A stretch of DNA of 64,000 bases, taken from Klebsormidium nitens. Its lineage: Eukaryota > Plantae > Klebsormidiophyceae. The notes beneath the pieces were generated by a model. It did no database searches. It saw nothing but the letters and a program-made list of their open reading frames with translations, and was not told where the DNA came from. The stretch covers positions 201,210 to 265,209 of the forward strand of contig DF237006.1 in assembly GCA_000708835.1 (NCBI GenBank), read 5' to 3'. This document shows positions 38,417 through 50,128 of this stretch, one piece after another (position 1 is the stretch's first letter; the number at the start of each line of letters is the position of its first letter). The position numbers and the translations under genes are program-made.

Positions 38417-41400
38417 ATGGCGGGCGTGCTCGGGTTCCTGGAGGCGATGTGCCTCACAGCATTTGACGTCGCGCAGGGCGCTGTCTCTGGAGCGCTGGAC
38501 CCCCTCTGCAGCAGCTGGGAGAAGCTCACACTTGATGAGCTGCTGTTTGAGGTAGGGAGAGGGGCGCTGATGGGAGCGCTGGGTGGTCTCCTTGGGGAGG
38601 AGGAGGGGTTTGAGGCATTCTCTGGGGAGGAGGGAGTGGTGGAGTTCTTGGGGGAGGGAGGGGAGGGAGAGGAGAAGGGAGGGGGAGGAGGAGGATGGGG
38701 AGGAGGGGACTGTCTTTGTTGGGGGAGAGGAGGGAGTGGAGGAGTTTCTGGAGGAGGGAGAGGAGAGGGAGGAGGAGATGGGGCGGGCCGAGGAGGAGAG
38801 CGGCAGCGTATCTATTGAGGAGGATGCCGACCAGCGGGTGAGTTGTGAATGTTGCAAGATTCCTACATTTGGGATCTGGAATTGCTCAACGCCCCACGTG
38901 CCAAAAATTTTCTGGATTTCTCCAGGAGAAGACCTTGTCAGTTGCCAACTTCTTTTTGTTTGACAGTTTGTGAAAATGACTCTGCTCGGCGTCAAATAGC
39001 TTTTGTTCAGCTTCGGACACAGAGCTGCACTGAAAACTTGTAGATTGACCAGCTTGAAGTTTCTGATAATTTCTTACTCCATTTCGTGCACTGAATCCAG
39101 TCTTTTCTTGGTCGGTGGTGAAAGTTGGACAATGCCGCGTTCTCACCAGGATCAAACAATTGCTTATTTGCCGATCTGTATCCTGAAGCGGCTTGAACAA
39201 AACCTGAAGTAACCTGGAATTCCAGTGTCCATGTAGCCCACCGTCAACGACTTGGTATTAGCAAGTCTGCCCCATTTCAGCTGTAACCTCTCTGAATGAG
39301 AGCCTTAACCTTGGAACAAAGTCACACAGTTAGATGTCAGCAGATTCCTTCATATTTCTCACATTTTCACCCCATCCTTCTTGCAGGCGGCATCCTTGCC
39401 AACCCTCGCAGAGGCGGCAGCCTCCCCCTCAGCTGTCCCTCTGGCCCCACGCGCCCCCGAGCACACCCACAATGACGGTCAGAGGGACAGCGGCAGGGCA
39501 GATGAGGCGCCCCTTGAGGTGTCCCTCCCGGACGAGCGACTCTTCAGTGGGGATGCCTTTGCGGTGGATCAGATCCCAGCAGGGTTTAGCGACATTTTCT
39601 CGGACCCTGCTTTTGACGCCAGCCGCGCCCCCCCTCATAGTCAGCTCCCGCCCGCTATCGTCCCCCTCCGCTACTCGCTCCCGCCCGCGCTAGTTCCCCA
39701 GGATCGCCTAGATGACCTGTCCTGGACTGAGGCTAGCGCACTTCCCCCCATAGTAGAGTTGGCAGAGAGGGAGGCCGAGCAGGACGCAGCCATCAGCTCT
39801 CTCATGCAGCGGTCAGTGAGAGCAGAGGGCCGTCCATCATTATCTTGGAGGGGGAGGAGGACGCCATGTGGCGGACGGCGCTGCTGAGGGACTGGACGCA
39901 GGTACATTTGCTGCGCTTGCTTGCTTCTTCGTTCCCCTGCTCTTGCAGGCATGTTCATTTGCGCAAGCCTTGTTTCACTTGTTACAAACGATGCCTGACC
40001 AAAGTTCAGCAAAAATATTGTTCCATTTCCCTGAATACACCGGCTGTAGCGGCTGTTAACTGAACGAAGATCCTTAAAGCCAGGCCTTGCAAGAACGTAA
40101 GGTGAATCTCACCCTTGTCGTGCTATTTACAGGGGGAGCCTTCCACATCGAGCGCCGTCGCGCCTGCCGCGCTCACGGCAGCCGGCCCTGGCGAGGACGC
40201 GGACTCGGTCCCCTTGTTTGAGAACGTTGTACTGTTGTGCCTGCTGGGGCGGGTAAGCGTTGCATACCGGTAATTTTGAATCTAATCCATGTCGGAAGGA
40301 TGGGAACAAGAGAGGTTTGTTCAGAATGCCTCATATGTCTCTGCAATGTTTCAGTGAGCTTTTCTGTAAGGAGCTGCTCCTTATGCAGAACGTCAAACTG
40401 GTTCGAGAAAGTGTTCTCATGCTGTTATTTTGCGCAACCTTCGTCCTTGTTTCGCTCAATTCAAAAGTCCTCCACTTCTTTCCCCAAGATGCTCGGCCCT
40501 CTTCGTTGTGACAGCGTATTGGTAAGTTTATGTCAGAGCAAGTTCTTAGATTGCTTCTGTGCGCATGTTTGCAGGGTGGCCAAGGGGACGTCTATCATGC
40601 GGCGTGCTTCAACGCGGCCGGCAACTACTTCCCGGCTGCCGTCAAGCGAGCCAGGCCGAACCCCTCCACGGACACCAGGGAGGAGCAGCTCCGAGAGGTG
40701 AGGCAACCTTTTTGCAAGCGTCCCGCACTGCATCTCCTTGGATGTTGACTTCTTTTCCTTAGAAGCGTGTTAGAGATGCCGCCAAATCCCAAGGAGCTTC
40801 CAGCTTTCCAGTGCGCATGCCAGGATCTCGTCATAGCATGTCAATCAGGCCCCTTCCGTGCCAGTAGAAGAATCCAACATACCATTGGTAATCTGGTGAA
40901 GACAGCTGACCGAGTGTCTCTGTCTTTCCCTCCTCCGCAGCTGAGCAGCTTGGTCGCTTGCCGCGGTTGCGCCAACGTCCTCCAGGCCCTCCGCTACCAC
41001 ATATTCGACGACGGGGAGCTGGGCCTGGTCTTGGAGCTGGCAGAAGCGCCCCCCTCGTGGGCGAAGCGCGGGGCTCCCGTGCAGCACACCCCCCCGGAGC
41101 TGCTGCGGGTGGCCAAGTACGCCTACCAGGGGGCGGCGGGACTGGCGGCCATGCACAGCCGGGACATGTTGCATACGTAAGAAAACCTCCGTTCTCTTTC
41201 TCAATGGCTGTGATTGTGACTTAGAAAGAAGTGGTGCAAACCAGAACGGGGTGAATAAGATTTCGAGACCCGCGCTCGGAATGTTGCATGAAGTTAGGAG
41301 ATGCGGAGTCAACGTCTTCTGCACTGCCTCGTTTCTCTGTCTCACGCACGATTCCAGCTTTCTCTAAGCGCAGTCGCATTGTGTTGTATCCATTAGTTTC

Positions 41401-42533
41401 GACAAGACGTCCACTGATTCTCCATGACGATTTCAGGACGTTTATTTTCAAAAGCCTGACGCTTGCCCCATCTCTGCAGTGACGTCAAGCCCGAGAACTT
41501 TCTGGTCTGTGGGGAAGTGGCCAAGCTGGCCGACCTGGGTTTCGCAGTCCGCGCCGACAGGGCCGATGAGATGGGGGCGGTAAGAAACGACCCCTCGCAT
41601 GCTCTCCGTTTGTGATCGCACTTGCTTGTATCACACTTGAGAGTGTCTGGCTCTTAACCATGCTTGCTCGGTGTCGGTTTCTCTACATCAAGGGGTTAGC
41701 CTACCGCTGTTTGCTTTGCCAAATCAATCCACCAGCCATACCGGCAAAGGTTCCTGAATGTCTGCTGACGTCAGAAGAGCTCCTCTGTCAACTCCTGCGC
41801 TAATCCCTTGAAACCGGTGCGTCAAAGCTTTGACTAACCCTGCCTATAACCCGTTTCTCCAGTGCGGCACCCCGGGTTACATCGCCCCCGAGGTTTACGT
41901 GGACGACCAGCACAGCAAGGCGTCCGACGTCTTTGCGATGGGGGTCACCATTTGGGCCCTCATCACCGGGGATCGCCCCTCCGATTACTTCACGAACAAA
42001 CAGGTGCGTGCACGGTGTCTCTTTGCAAGCAGTCTTCTGATGCAAACGTTTTAGTGTTGATCCAATTTGCCTTCGAATGGTTAGATTGAGCAATCTCGGG
42101 GTCTGGTTCGGACTGCAAGCGAAGCTGGTTCTGGCTTTGATTAAACGGACGTTCTGAGTCTTGCTGATTCCTCCGCAGAGATCGTACATGGCAGACGTCG
42201 AAAGTGCTCGACCATCAGTTGCCCTCGCTGCTTCTTGACCTGATACGTGCTGCTAGTGAAATTCCGCAAAAGCTGGGACAGTTTCTAAGTAAATAAATGC
42301 AGCCTCCTGAATGTGTTTTCATCTCCCTCCAGGAATGTATCAGCTACTACGCCATGGGCGGCCGCCTCGACTGGCCCGACGAGATATCCCGTTTCGGGGG
42401 GGACCTGGTGGACCTGGTGGAGGCCTGCTGAAACCCCCTCCCCGAGCGGCGGCCCTCCGCCAACGCGCTCATGAGGGCGCTCCTCCAGATCTCTCTCGGG
42501 CTTGAGGCGGCGAAGAGGACCTGGGTGGGGTGA
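38417..42533 (+). pseudogene. Protein kinase paralog 3, tandem duplicate of paralog 2, disrupted
   Basis: Same 8-exon structure (38417-38837, 39387-about 39901, 40133-40252, 40575-40697, 40941-41176, 41480-41579, 41863-42003, 42333-42533). Lesions: +1 G in the run at 38681-38685, -1 base at 39806/39807, and TGG>TGA at 42429-42431. Confidence 0.85.
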
Positions 42534-44176
42534 AGGGAGGTGGGGGCCCAGGTTAGGCCGAGAAGCTCGACGGTTTGTAGCGAAGCTACCGACTAAACTA
42601 GACTGGTTGGGAGCAGTGGTGTAGAAAACGGGGGGGTGTTGAGGGAGAGAGGGGTTATAGACACTGATTGAAGAGATGGAAGTCACGGAGAGAACATTGT
42701 AGGGAGCTGTACAAACGGAGCGACGGGAAGGTGAAAAATAGACGAGTTGCAAACATTGTTAAGGTTAACGACGGGGTGTAAGCTAGAGCGCGCGCGCATA
42801 CTGACTTTTAGAACTGAGATACTGAGTCGGGGGCGTAGATATGCATTTGTTGCAAGTTGCAGAGGGCTGCTGTTGGAGGATATGGATCTTTGAGTGAAAA
42901 GGGCGGCTCTAATTGAATCTGCGTATGGACGTGTTGTAGGACTGGCCTGGTCGTTCAGAGAAGTTATATTTATGCAACTTAGCCTTCATACGAGCCTCCA
43001 ACTCTGGGGGGGTTTAAATTTGAAAGAGGAATCTAGTAATAGGAATAGATCAATTGACAAAGTGAAAGCTGCTCGTCAAATATTGTAGTCTAGAGTTGAT
43101 ACGATAACTGCATTTCAACGTAACAGCAACTGTGACCAATCTTTACAGAATTCCTGCCCGCTTTCGGGGTAATATGTTGTGTAGGAAGTCTGGTTTGTGG
43201 GAACTTAGGCTTGCGTAGTAAAGTGATAAGTAGAGCCTAGATTGCACAATATAGTCCTTGTAAGAACTGTAGCTGCGCGCAGAAAAAATTGGCCCCATTG
43301 CAAGAACCAGGAGTTGCAAATTCAGTCTGATCTGGAAGACTCATTTGAAAGACTCAGGCTAGGCGTCCTCCTTAATATAGTTAGATCCAGAAACTGAATG
43401 GCCATGCATGTCTAGCTTTCCGGTGTCTAACCCACTTAAGTCGTTCTACCTGTCACTCCATGGTGCATGCTGCACGAAAGTTGGCATGGGTTTAGCTTTT
43501 GATACCAAGAGCAGATCGCGATCGCACCGGGTCGGGCCTTACTTATATGAAGGGAGCTAGAGTTATCCCTTGAGGGAATGGCCGCCGCGGCCGGCCATCC
43601 GCTCGCTTGCACGAACTTGGTCCACTCCAGCTGCACGGACCTTGCGTCACCCCCAGATCATTCCAGCAATCGACTGAAAAGCGCAGCCCGATTTTCCTAT
43701 GATTTGAGAGTATGTGCACAAATGCAGCTCGCTAGACAACAATCCATGAAATGGTGTTCCTTGACTGTACCAGCAACTATATCAAGGTCAGCAGCGTGAT
43801 CTCATGCACTCGTACATGGTTTTCTGCGGTAGTGACTCAAGCTCGAGTTCTAAAATTTTGAAGCTGACTACACAATTATACCCAAACCCGACAATTGCCT
43901 GCTCCCACATGCCATGCTCACTCGTCACCCAGTTATAAATAACCCCATCCATCCAAGTTCGATAACTTGAATTCACAAACAAATTACCCAGTCGAAGACC
44001 AATTACCCATACAGGTTCGCTCGCTCCGAATGTTTGCTCCGTCTTATTCACACATGGACTTCACAGAATGCTACCGATCTGTTCAATCATCGAGGATAGA
44101 TCAGGTCAGCCCAATCACAGGTTGACGTCATCGTACGTGAGCATTATCACGGCGGCTGTTCCTGAGGCGGACGCTT

Positions 44177-47100
44177 CTAGGCGCAAGTCGGGGGGCTGTT
44201 CGAGCCGCACGCGCCGGGGCAGCAGCGGAACACGGATCCGTCGGAAGAGTAGCACTGCACGGAAGAGCGGAAGGCGATTGATAAGGCTTCGACGCACAAT
44301 CAGGTCTGTGGCCGATTGTCCCTCGCGTTCACTAATTCCATTTTTTATTCGATGACATAGACTCGAGCAAAGCCAGAGATCTCGTGAGGTGTCGGGCCCC
44401 AACGCATTGCGAATGCAATTCAGTCGAAGTGGAACGAGGCGAGCAAACTGGAGCGGGCTCGTGAACGGAATAACGGAACAAGTTGAATGGGAACAAATCC
44501 AACGTGTGAGTCCGGAAACAATCTGCAAAGGATGGAGCTGGGCGAAGGTCGGAAGATCCTCAAGCGGCTCCGATCATAATTCGCTCGATCCGTTCGGAAC
44601 CATTGGGCACCGTTGGCGCCGCAAACAAAGTTTTGGCTGCTAGCCAGGCTGATTATCAACCTTGGGTCCCTAATCACTAGTCAACAGACGGGCTTTAACC
44701 CTGTTCCAAAGCTGGCAACCGCCCAATTCTAGATATTGGACTCGTAACCACTTTCCAAGCAGCCCACAAGCAGCGCATACCATCCATGGCTCCGGGCCAA
44801 AACGTCCTGTTCTCCTGTCCGCCCACTCACCGCGTTCGGGGAGTCTCCTGAAGGGTTGCACCCGGGGGATCCCACCGGAGAAAGCCCACCGGTAGAAGCA
44901 GGCACACCCGGGGTGAGGACGTAGACTGTAAAAAAGAAGCCATCGTACAATTCGCTGCCCACGGAGGTGGGCTCGGCAGACTCCATGAAGTAACCCGACG
45001 CGGTTGCGTACTTGCCAGTGCCCCCGACGATACCGTATGGGTCGGCGTTGGTGGTAAAGGGTGCAAAGGAGCCCTGACGGTGGAAGAACGAGAACGAGCT
45101 TCTCAACAGAGACCAACACGGCACCAAGTTTTGAGATTCGGCATGAAAGTAGGACTCGTTTCTTGATGCAAGTCGAACAGGAGGGAGTCAGGAAGCTTGC
45201 AAGAATGTCGGGAAAAATTCCCGTCACACTTTTCCCCCTTTCTCCCCCCTTGCACATTTCCTCCTTTCTCCGCCTCAAATTGCCCTGGAATGGCTGAAAC
45301 CGCAAACTGGAAGCGATCCGAAAACTTCTTGGCAGCGTGCTGGGAGAAGAGATCGGTTCATGGAGAATGATTCTGCATCGAGAGTGCTGTTTTCAATAGT
45401 GGGTACCGTTTTTCCAATCTCAAGGGCGCCTTTAACATTACGTGATCAAAATTGTTCAAGGAGTCCGGGTCTGTGTAAGTCAAGCACCGGGGTAACGACC
45501 TGGATTAAGACTGACCCTAGTAAAGAGGGCATCGCTGTAGCCACCCATCGAATCCTTGACGAAGTAGAACGATACGACGCAGTCCAGAACGGGCGGCGGG
45601 GGAACTGTGATTTGGTCCGTTGCTGTGACGTAGCAGAATCCCTGGGAGTAACCTGCGCGCAGGAGGTATGCCTGTTCCTAAGCTGGTCGAACTTCAGCGC
45701 CCGCATGAGTCACTTATGCTCGCAAAATCTGGTGGCGCCGGCAGGGCCCTCGCAAGTATTGGAAGCTCATGACTTGTAGCATGGATAGGCTGGTGGCAAA
45801 ACAACCTTTGAAGTAGCGATGCGAACTGCGATTGCGTCCACGTGCAAGTCTCGCACTTTGCTTAAATTTAAAAGATTGAACACTTGATTGGAAGCCACAA
45901 AGCCACTCTGAAAGCCTACGGATCTTCATCCTTCTGCATATGATGATTGGAATTCCTGAAGTGGATCTTGGAACGGCATCCTCATTCAGGAACAGCCTGC
46001 TCGACATGTTCAATGACCCCCCAAACATGTGTCAGCATTACACATAATGCTCCGCTACCCTCCCCATTACTCGTACTCACGTCCTCTTTCCTTCTTGTGT
46101 CCCAGTTCTTCTTCTCTCTTACTGCCATCTCTTCTCGTTAACGATTTCTTGGTGCATCATCTAAAGTCCCAGCAGAGTCGAAATGGGGGGAATTGTTAAC
46201 GAAATCCTTTGAGATAGAGAGAGGAAATTCTTGAGCTTCTCTCGATGTGCTGGCGCAAGTCATCACTCACCAGCCTTGGCTTTCTCGTCGGGCGTGCCGG
46301 CCGGAATCGAAAAGTAGAAGTCCTGGTTGTAGTGGAACGAGTTCCCAATCGTATAATTCTGGTAGATATTGGAGGTTGAGCCGTGACGAGGGCCCGGGAT
46401 TTGACCCCGCCTTACATTGACCTGCCAACAGGATGCACAGCGTAAAAGTCAAGGTCAACTGGAGCTCTTGTTCTGGTTACCCCGGACGACAATTCAGGCT
46501 GACGCAAGGTCTTCTCTTCTTGTTTGTTGTTGGTTCAATGCTTTCAACTAGATGCGGGATGAAGCCAGCTGAATTGAAGAGTGGGAGGACCTGACGACAT
46601 GCGAAGCAAGAAAAGTTTGCAGAGGATTCACCTGCAAGACTGTTATCAGCTGCCTTTGATCACTACCAGTAATGCTGCAAGAAGCTTGAATGACCTAGTG
46701 TAAGGTACAGCCATGCTTTCTAATACGCACATGCAGGAAAGCAAGTTGTTCCTCAGTGCAGAAAGCAACAGTGATGCAAAAGAGTCGACAATACTAGAGC
46801 AAAAGAAAGACTCTAAGTCCAGACACCTTGAACCGGAACCTTATAAGGGTACTGGCAACAGAGTTGGCGCGATCGGCTCACCGTGACCTGTTCCGTGCTC
46901 AGCTGAACACCTTGGGCCGCCACCTGGCATACCCACATCAAGATGAAAGTGTTTGTTTAACCTGGAAACCGAACACTTTGAGATAATATTGAGGCTCTGA
47001 TCAGCCCTCTAGTAAGCAATTGAGGACAATACTGCAGTCTGCTGCAAGCCTTGCATTGTGTGGCGTTTACCCCCTGTCAAATTGGACTTGTTGACGGCTT

Positions 47101-47413
47101 TGAAAACTAAGATGCACGTCACAAGAAAAGCACAACTTCATGCCGCCCATGTTGTTCTCGCTTTTTCGCAAGCATGCAGGATCCGGCGTTTTACTCACGT
47201 GGTGCTTCATTTGGTCGCTCAGCATCAAATTTTGAATTACAACATGGGCATGAGGTCTCAAGAGAATGTTTTGTGCACTGGGCTCTGTTTATAAGCCTGT
47301 AAGGACAAGCTGGAAGTTTTGAATGTAGGCACTTAGACACTTACCTCAAGGACTGCATGGCAGCCCATCAAAAGGAGCACGAGGAGTGCGACGTCACGTC
47401 CTTGACGCGCCAT
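44177..47413 (-). CDS. Secreted dirigent/AOC-like beta-barrel protein with C-terminal 6-Cys module, about 239 aa
   Basis: Exons 47345-47413 (MARQGRDVALLVLLLMGCHAVLE), 46882-46923 (VAAQGVQLSTEQVT), 46271-46421 (..NYTIGNSFHYNQDFY..), 45516-45652 (GYSQGFCYVT..DCVVSFYF..SDALFTR), 44831-45073 (GSFAP..YGIVGGTGKYATASGYF..) and 44177-44254 (CYSSDGSVFRCCPGACGSNSPPTCA*). All junctions are GT-AG with matching phases. Confidence 0.78.
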
Positions 47414-50128
47414 TGTACTGAGTAGCTCTGATACTAATTATCGTGGAGCAGGTTCAGCAGATCAAGTGGCCAGCAGCTTGAGCTGCCGCGAGACAATGAA
47501 CACCTAAATGGCGCTTGGCGCGTTATGGACAATCGTTTATGGATCGAGCTCCCACGATGAAGAAAACAGCAGCTGCTGAAGTGAAGAGGATTAAATGTTG
47601 TGAATTGAGCACTCTCACCACCAGCGGCTCTAAGTCTGCTCTGAAGTGTCTGATAGGACGCGGTTCGAAGCACCCTTGAGCTTGTTGCACAAATCTCTTC
47701 AAGAAACGCCCTTCCAAACTTCGATCTGCGACCAAAGTTCGCCTCTGTACCTCGTGTACAGCATTTTATCTATACATTGCTGAATGAAAATCACGCGGAT
47801 CAGTGCCTTGGACACCGAAGGCCGTGCACATCACGATACGTCGCAAAAGGCGGGCGACAATGCAGTGAATGGCAAAGCAATATGGTAAATTGGTACTACG
47901 GTATACATCAAACGTACTACAATCTACGGGTGAATATGACATCACGTATCAGCTGTGCAGTGCGCGCACATGGGACTAGGGACTCGGGAGACGTCACCGC
48001 ATCGCAGAATTCCGCCCATGATGATGCACACCTGATGCACAAAGAGAAGCTGCAGTGGCAGTGTGCACCAGCCAGATGCCAGTATTACAGTGACAGTGCA
48101 CACTGCACACCACCAGTGCACTTGTACGGATCCTTGAGTACGGCATTGCGGGCGGTCGTGGATGGATTCCCGGCTCCGGCAATTGTCGCTGGTGACGAGT
48201 CCGGAGTCCGGATCCGAGGTCCGTACAAGTGACCGGTACAAGATAGCACTTCGGATACCTGATCGGATTTGACAATTTGTTGAGCAATTTTGCTGCCCCA
48301 ACGGGTGGGGTTAGCCTAGGGGTTTAGGGTGGGTACGGGAGCGAAGCAGGTAAAAGTTACGGTCAAGTTTACCTGGTTACTTGAGAGCTTGATTTAATTC
48401 CTGACTCTTCCAGTAAAAGGTTAGAACATCATTCGCGACATTGACCGTTTAATTGTGAATGATCATGATCACTCCAGCTCAGTACCGTACATGCCACAGA
48501 GTACCATAGGTACCTAGAAATTAAAGTACCAGTGTCCATGAGCAGATTCGTGTCAAGACTCAAGACTCAAGACTCACGCGGCACCTGCACCTATGGGCCC
48601 CGGGGGACAGGTAGGGTTGGTCCGTGTTGGTCCGTGGGTTAGATTGGGTACGTACGAGTACGAGCCCTGTCAATCTTGGGTTTGGGTTCTTTGGTTCGAT
48701 TTTGTGTCTTCGTTCCGAGCAAGAGTCCTCAATTGACGTACATGCTCTTGTTGCTCTCTGGATAGGCAGTCAACCTGAATCAAGTGCAGACGTAGGTATG
48801 CGGCATCTGGTCAAGGTCTTAGTACCGCCCAGTGCCTAGTACCTAGTCGTGCCGTAGTCTGGGCACATGTCAAGGTTGCCTGTCCGACTACATGTTTTCA
48901 ATGCTTTGCAGCACTGACAGAAGACTCGCGCAAGCAAGGAGGGAGTGGAATCACGAGCGCGGCCTGGCGAACAAGTTCGGAGCGGGGTTTGGGACTTAGC
49001 TGCGGCGCGGGCAGTGTCCAGGCAGCCATCGTGGGCACTCACTACTTGCGCTATAGAACATTTGGGGGGCGCTCAGTGTGCGCTCAGCCGCGGCACCCGC
49101 ATTGCCAGCGACCGCAGTGCCCAGCTGCAGGTGCTGCTTGAGCACCTCAGCGCGGCCAATTGAGGGCCCAGAGAAGAGTATGTTGAATTAGAGTAAGGGT
49201 AAGATTCGAGTCATAGGCCTCTCGCCTTTCTAGTGTCTGGAGTTCATCATTGCCACGTAGCATTGATCAGAGCCTTTTAGTTGTGACATGCTAACCGTTC
49301 GCTGGCGTTCTTCAGTACTCACATGCTTTTATACCGTGGACACCACCCATACCCGTGCCTTTTGAGTTTCATATCATGTTGTCCGCTAATGAGTCCGTCA
49401 CCAATTTAATTGGAACAAAAAGGACACTATTTTTATTTTGTCGTCGAAAGGTCACTATTGTCACATGAAAACTTCGTGTACTCGGGCGTGACTTCATTAC
49501 TTAGGGCGTCTTTGGTGCCTCCTTTGTGGTGTCGCACTGATGGTAAATTGCCGCCTAGTTGGTGCGCACCGATGCGGCTCCTTTGAGGCGTTGTGATTCG
49601 TCGAGGGAATGGATTTTGTGACATTAAAATCTAGTAATAGTATTATCAGTGACTGCCGGCCAGACCGTCACGTTGTGTTGTACGAAACATGTATGCGCGC
49701 ACGCCCAGAAAGGCCTCAGTGATGGCAGCTGACTTGACCACCAAAAAGTTCATCCACCAGATTGTGCAAAGTCAAGCTTTTTGAAGGTCCGCAGGAGGAC
49801 CGCATCAGAGGGCCAGTCCGCATGTCTTTGCAACACAGGTTTTGACGTTGAAGCCACCCTGAAAAAGTCACCGAACCATGCCTATGGTAGGACATCCAGA
49901 TTGAGCTGCTGAGAATGACCTCCTTCTGAGAGGCCGGGTACAAAAGCACTCCAAAAAACAGCGAGTCACTGGACGAGACCAAAGACGGCAATGTAACTCT
50001 CTAACGGGCTGATGGGGCGGCCGGGTCTCGTGCCTCCGTACAACGGGGCAAGATCGAAAGTCTTCGTGGATTCTTCACCCTCAAATGGGACCTTGAAACC
50101 CGTCCCCTCTGGCCCAAAGCGCGCAGGG

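Larger units (their letters stand above)
32320..43400 (+). repeat. Direct tandem segmental duplication, unit about 5.7 kb (about 32320-37990 and 38000-43400)
   Basis: Homology covers the promoter (GCGGCATTT..GCGCAGCCCGGCCGCGA.TCG at about 32328 and 38009), all exons, most introns and the 3' flank (..AGTGGTGTAGAAAA.. at about 37078 and 42616). The right boundary is approximate. Confidence 0.8.

Noticed and set aside
38681-39807. +1 and -1 frameshifts in kinase 3 as a compensating pair
   Set aside because: The shifted frame hits TGA at 38816-38818, before the second indel.
42429-42431. In-frame TGA in kinase 3 as possible selenocysteine or readthrough
   Set aside because: It replaces a conserved Trp (TGG) in a copy that already has two upstream frameshifts, so a simple nonsense mutation is more parsimonious.
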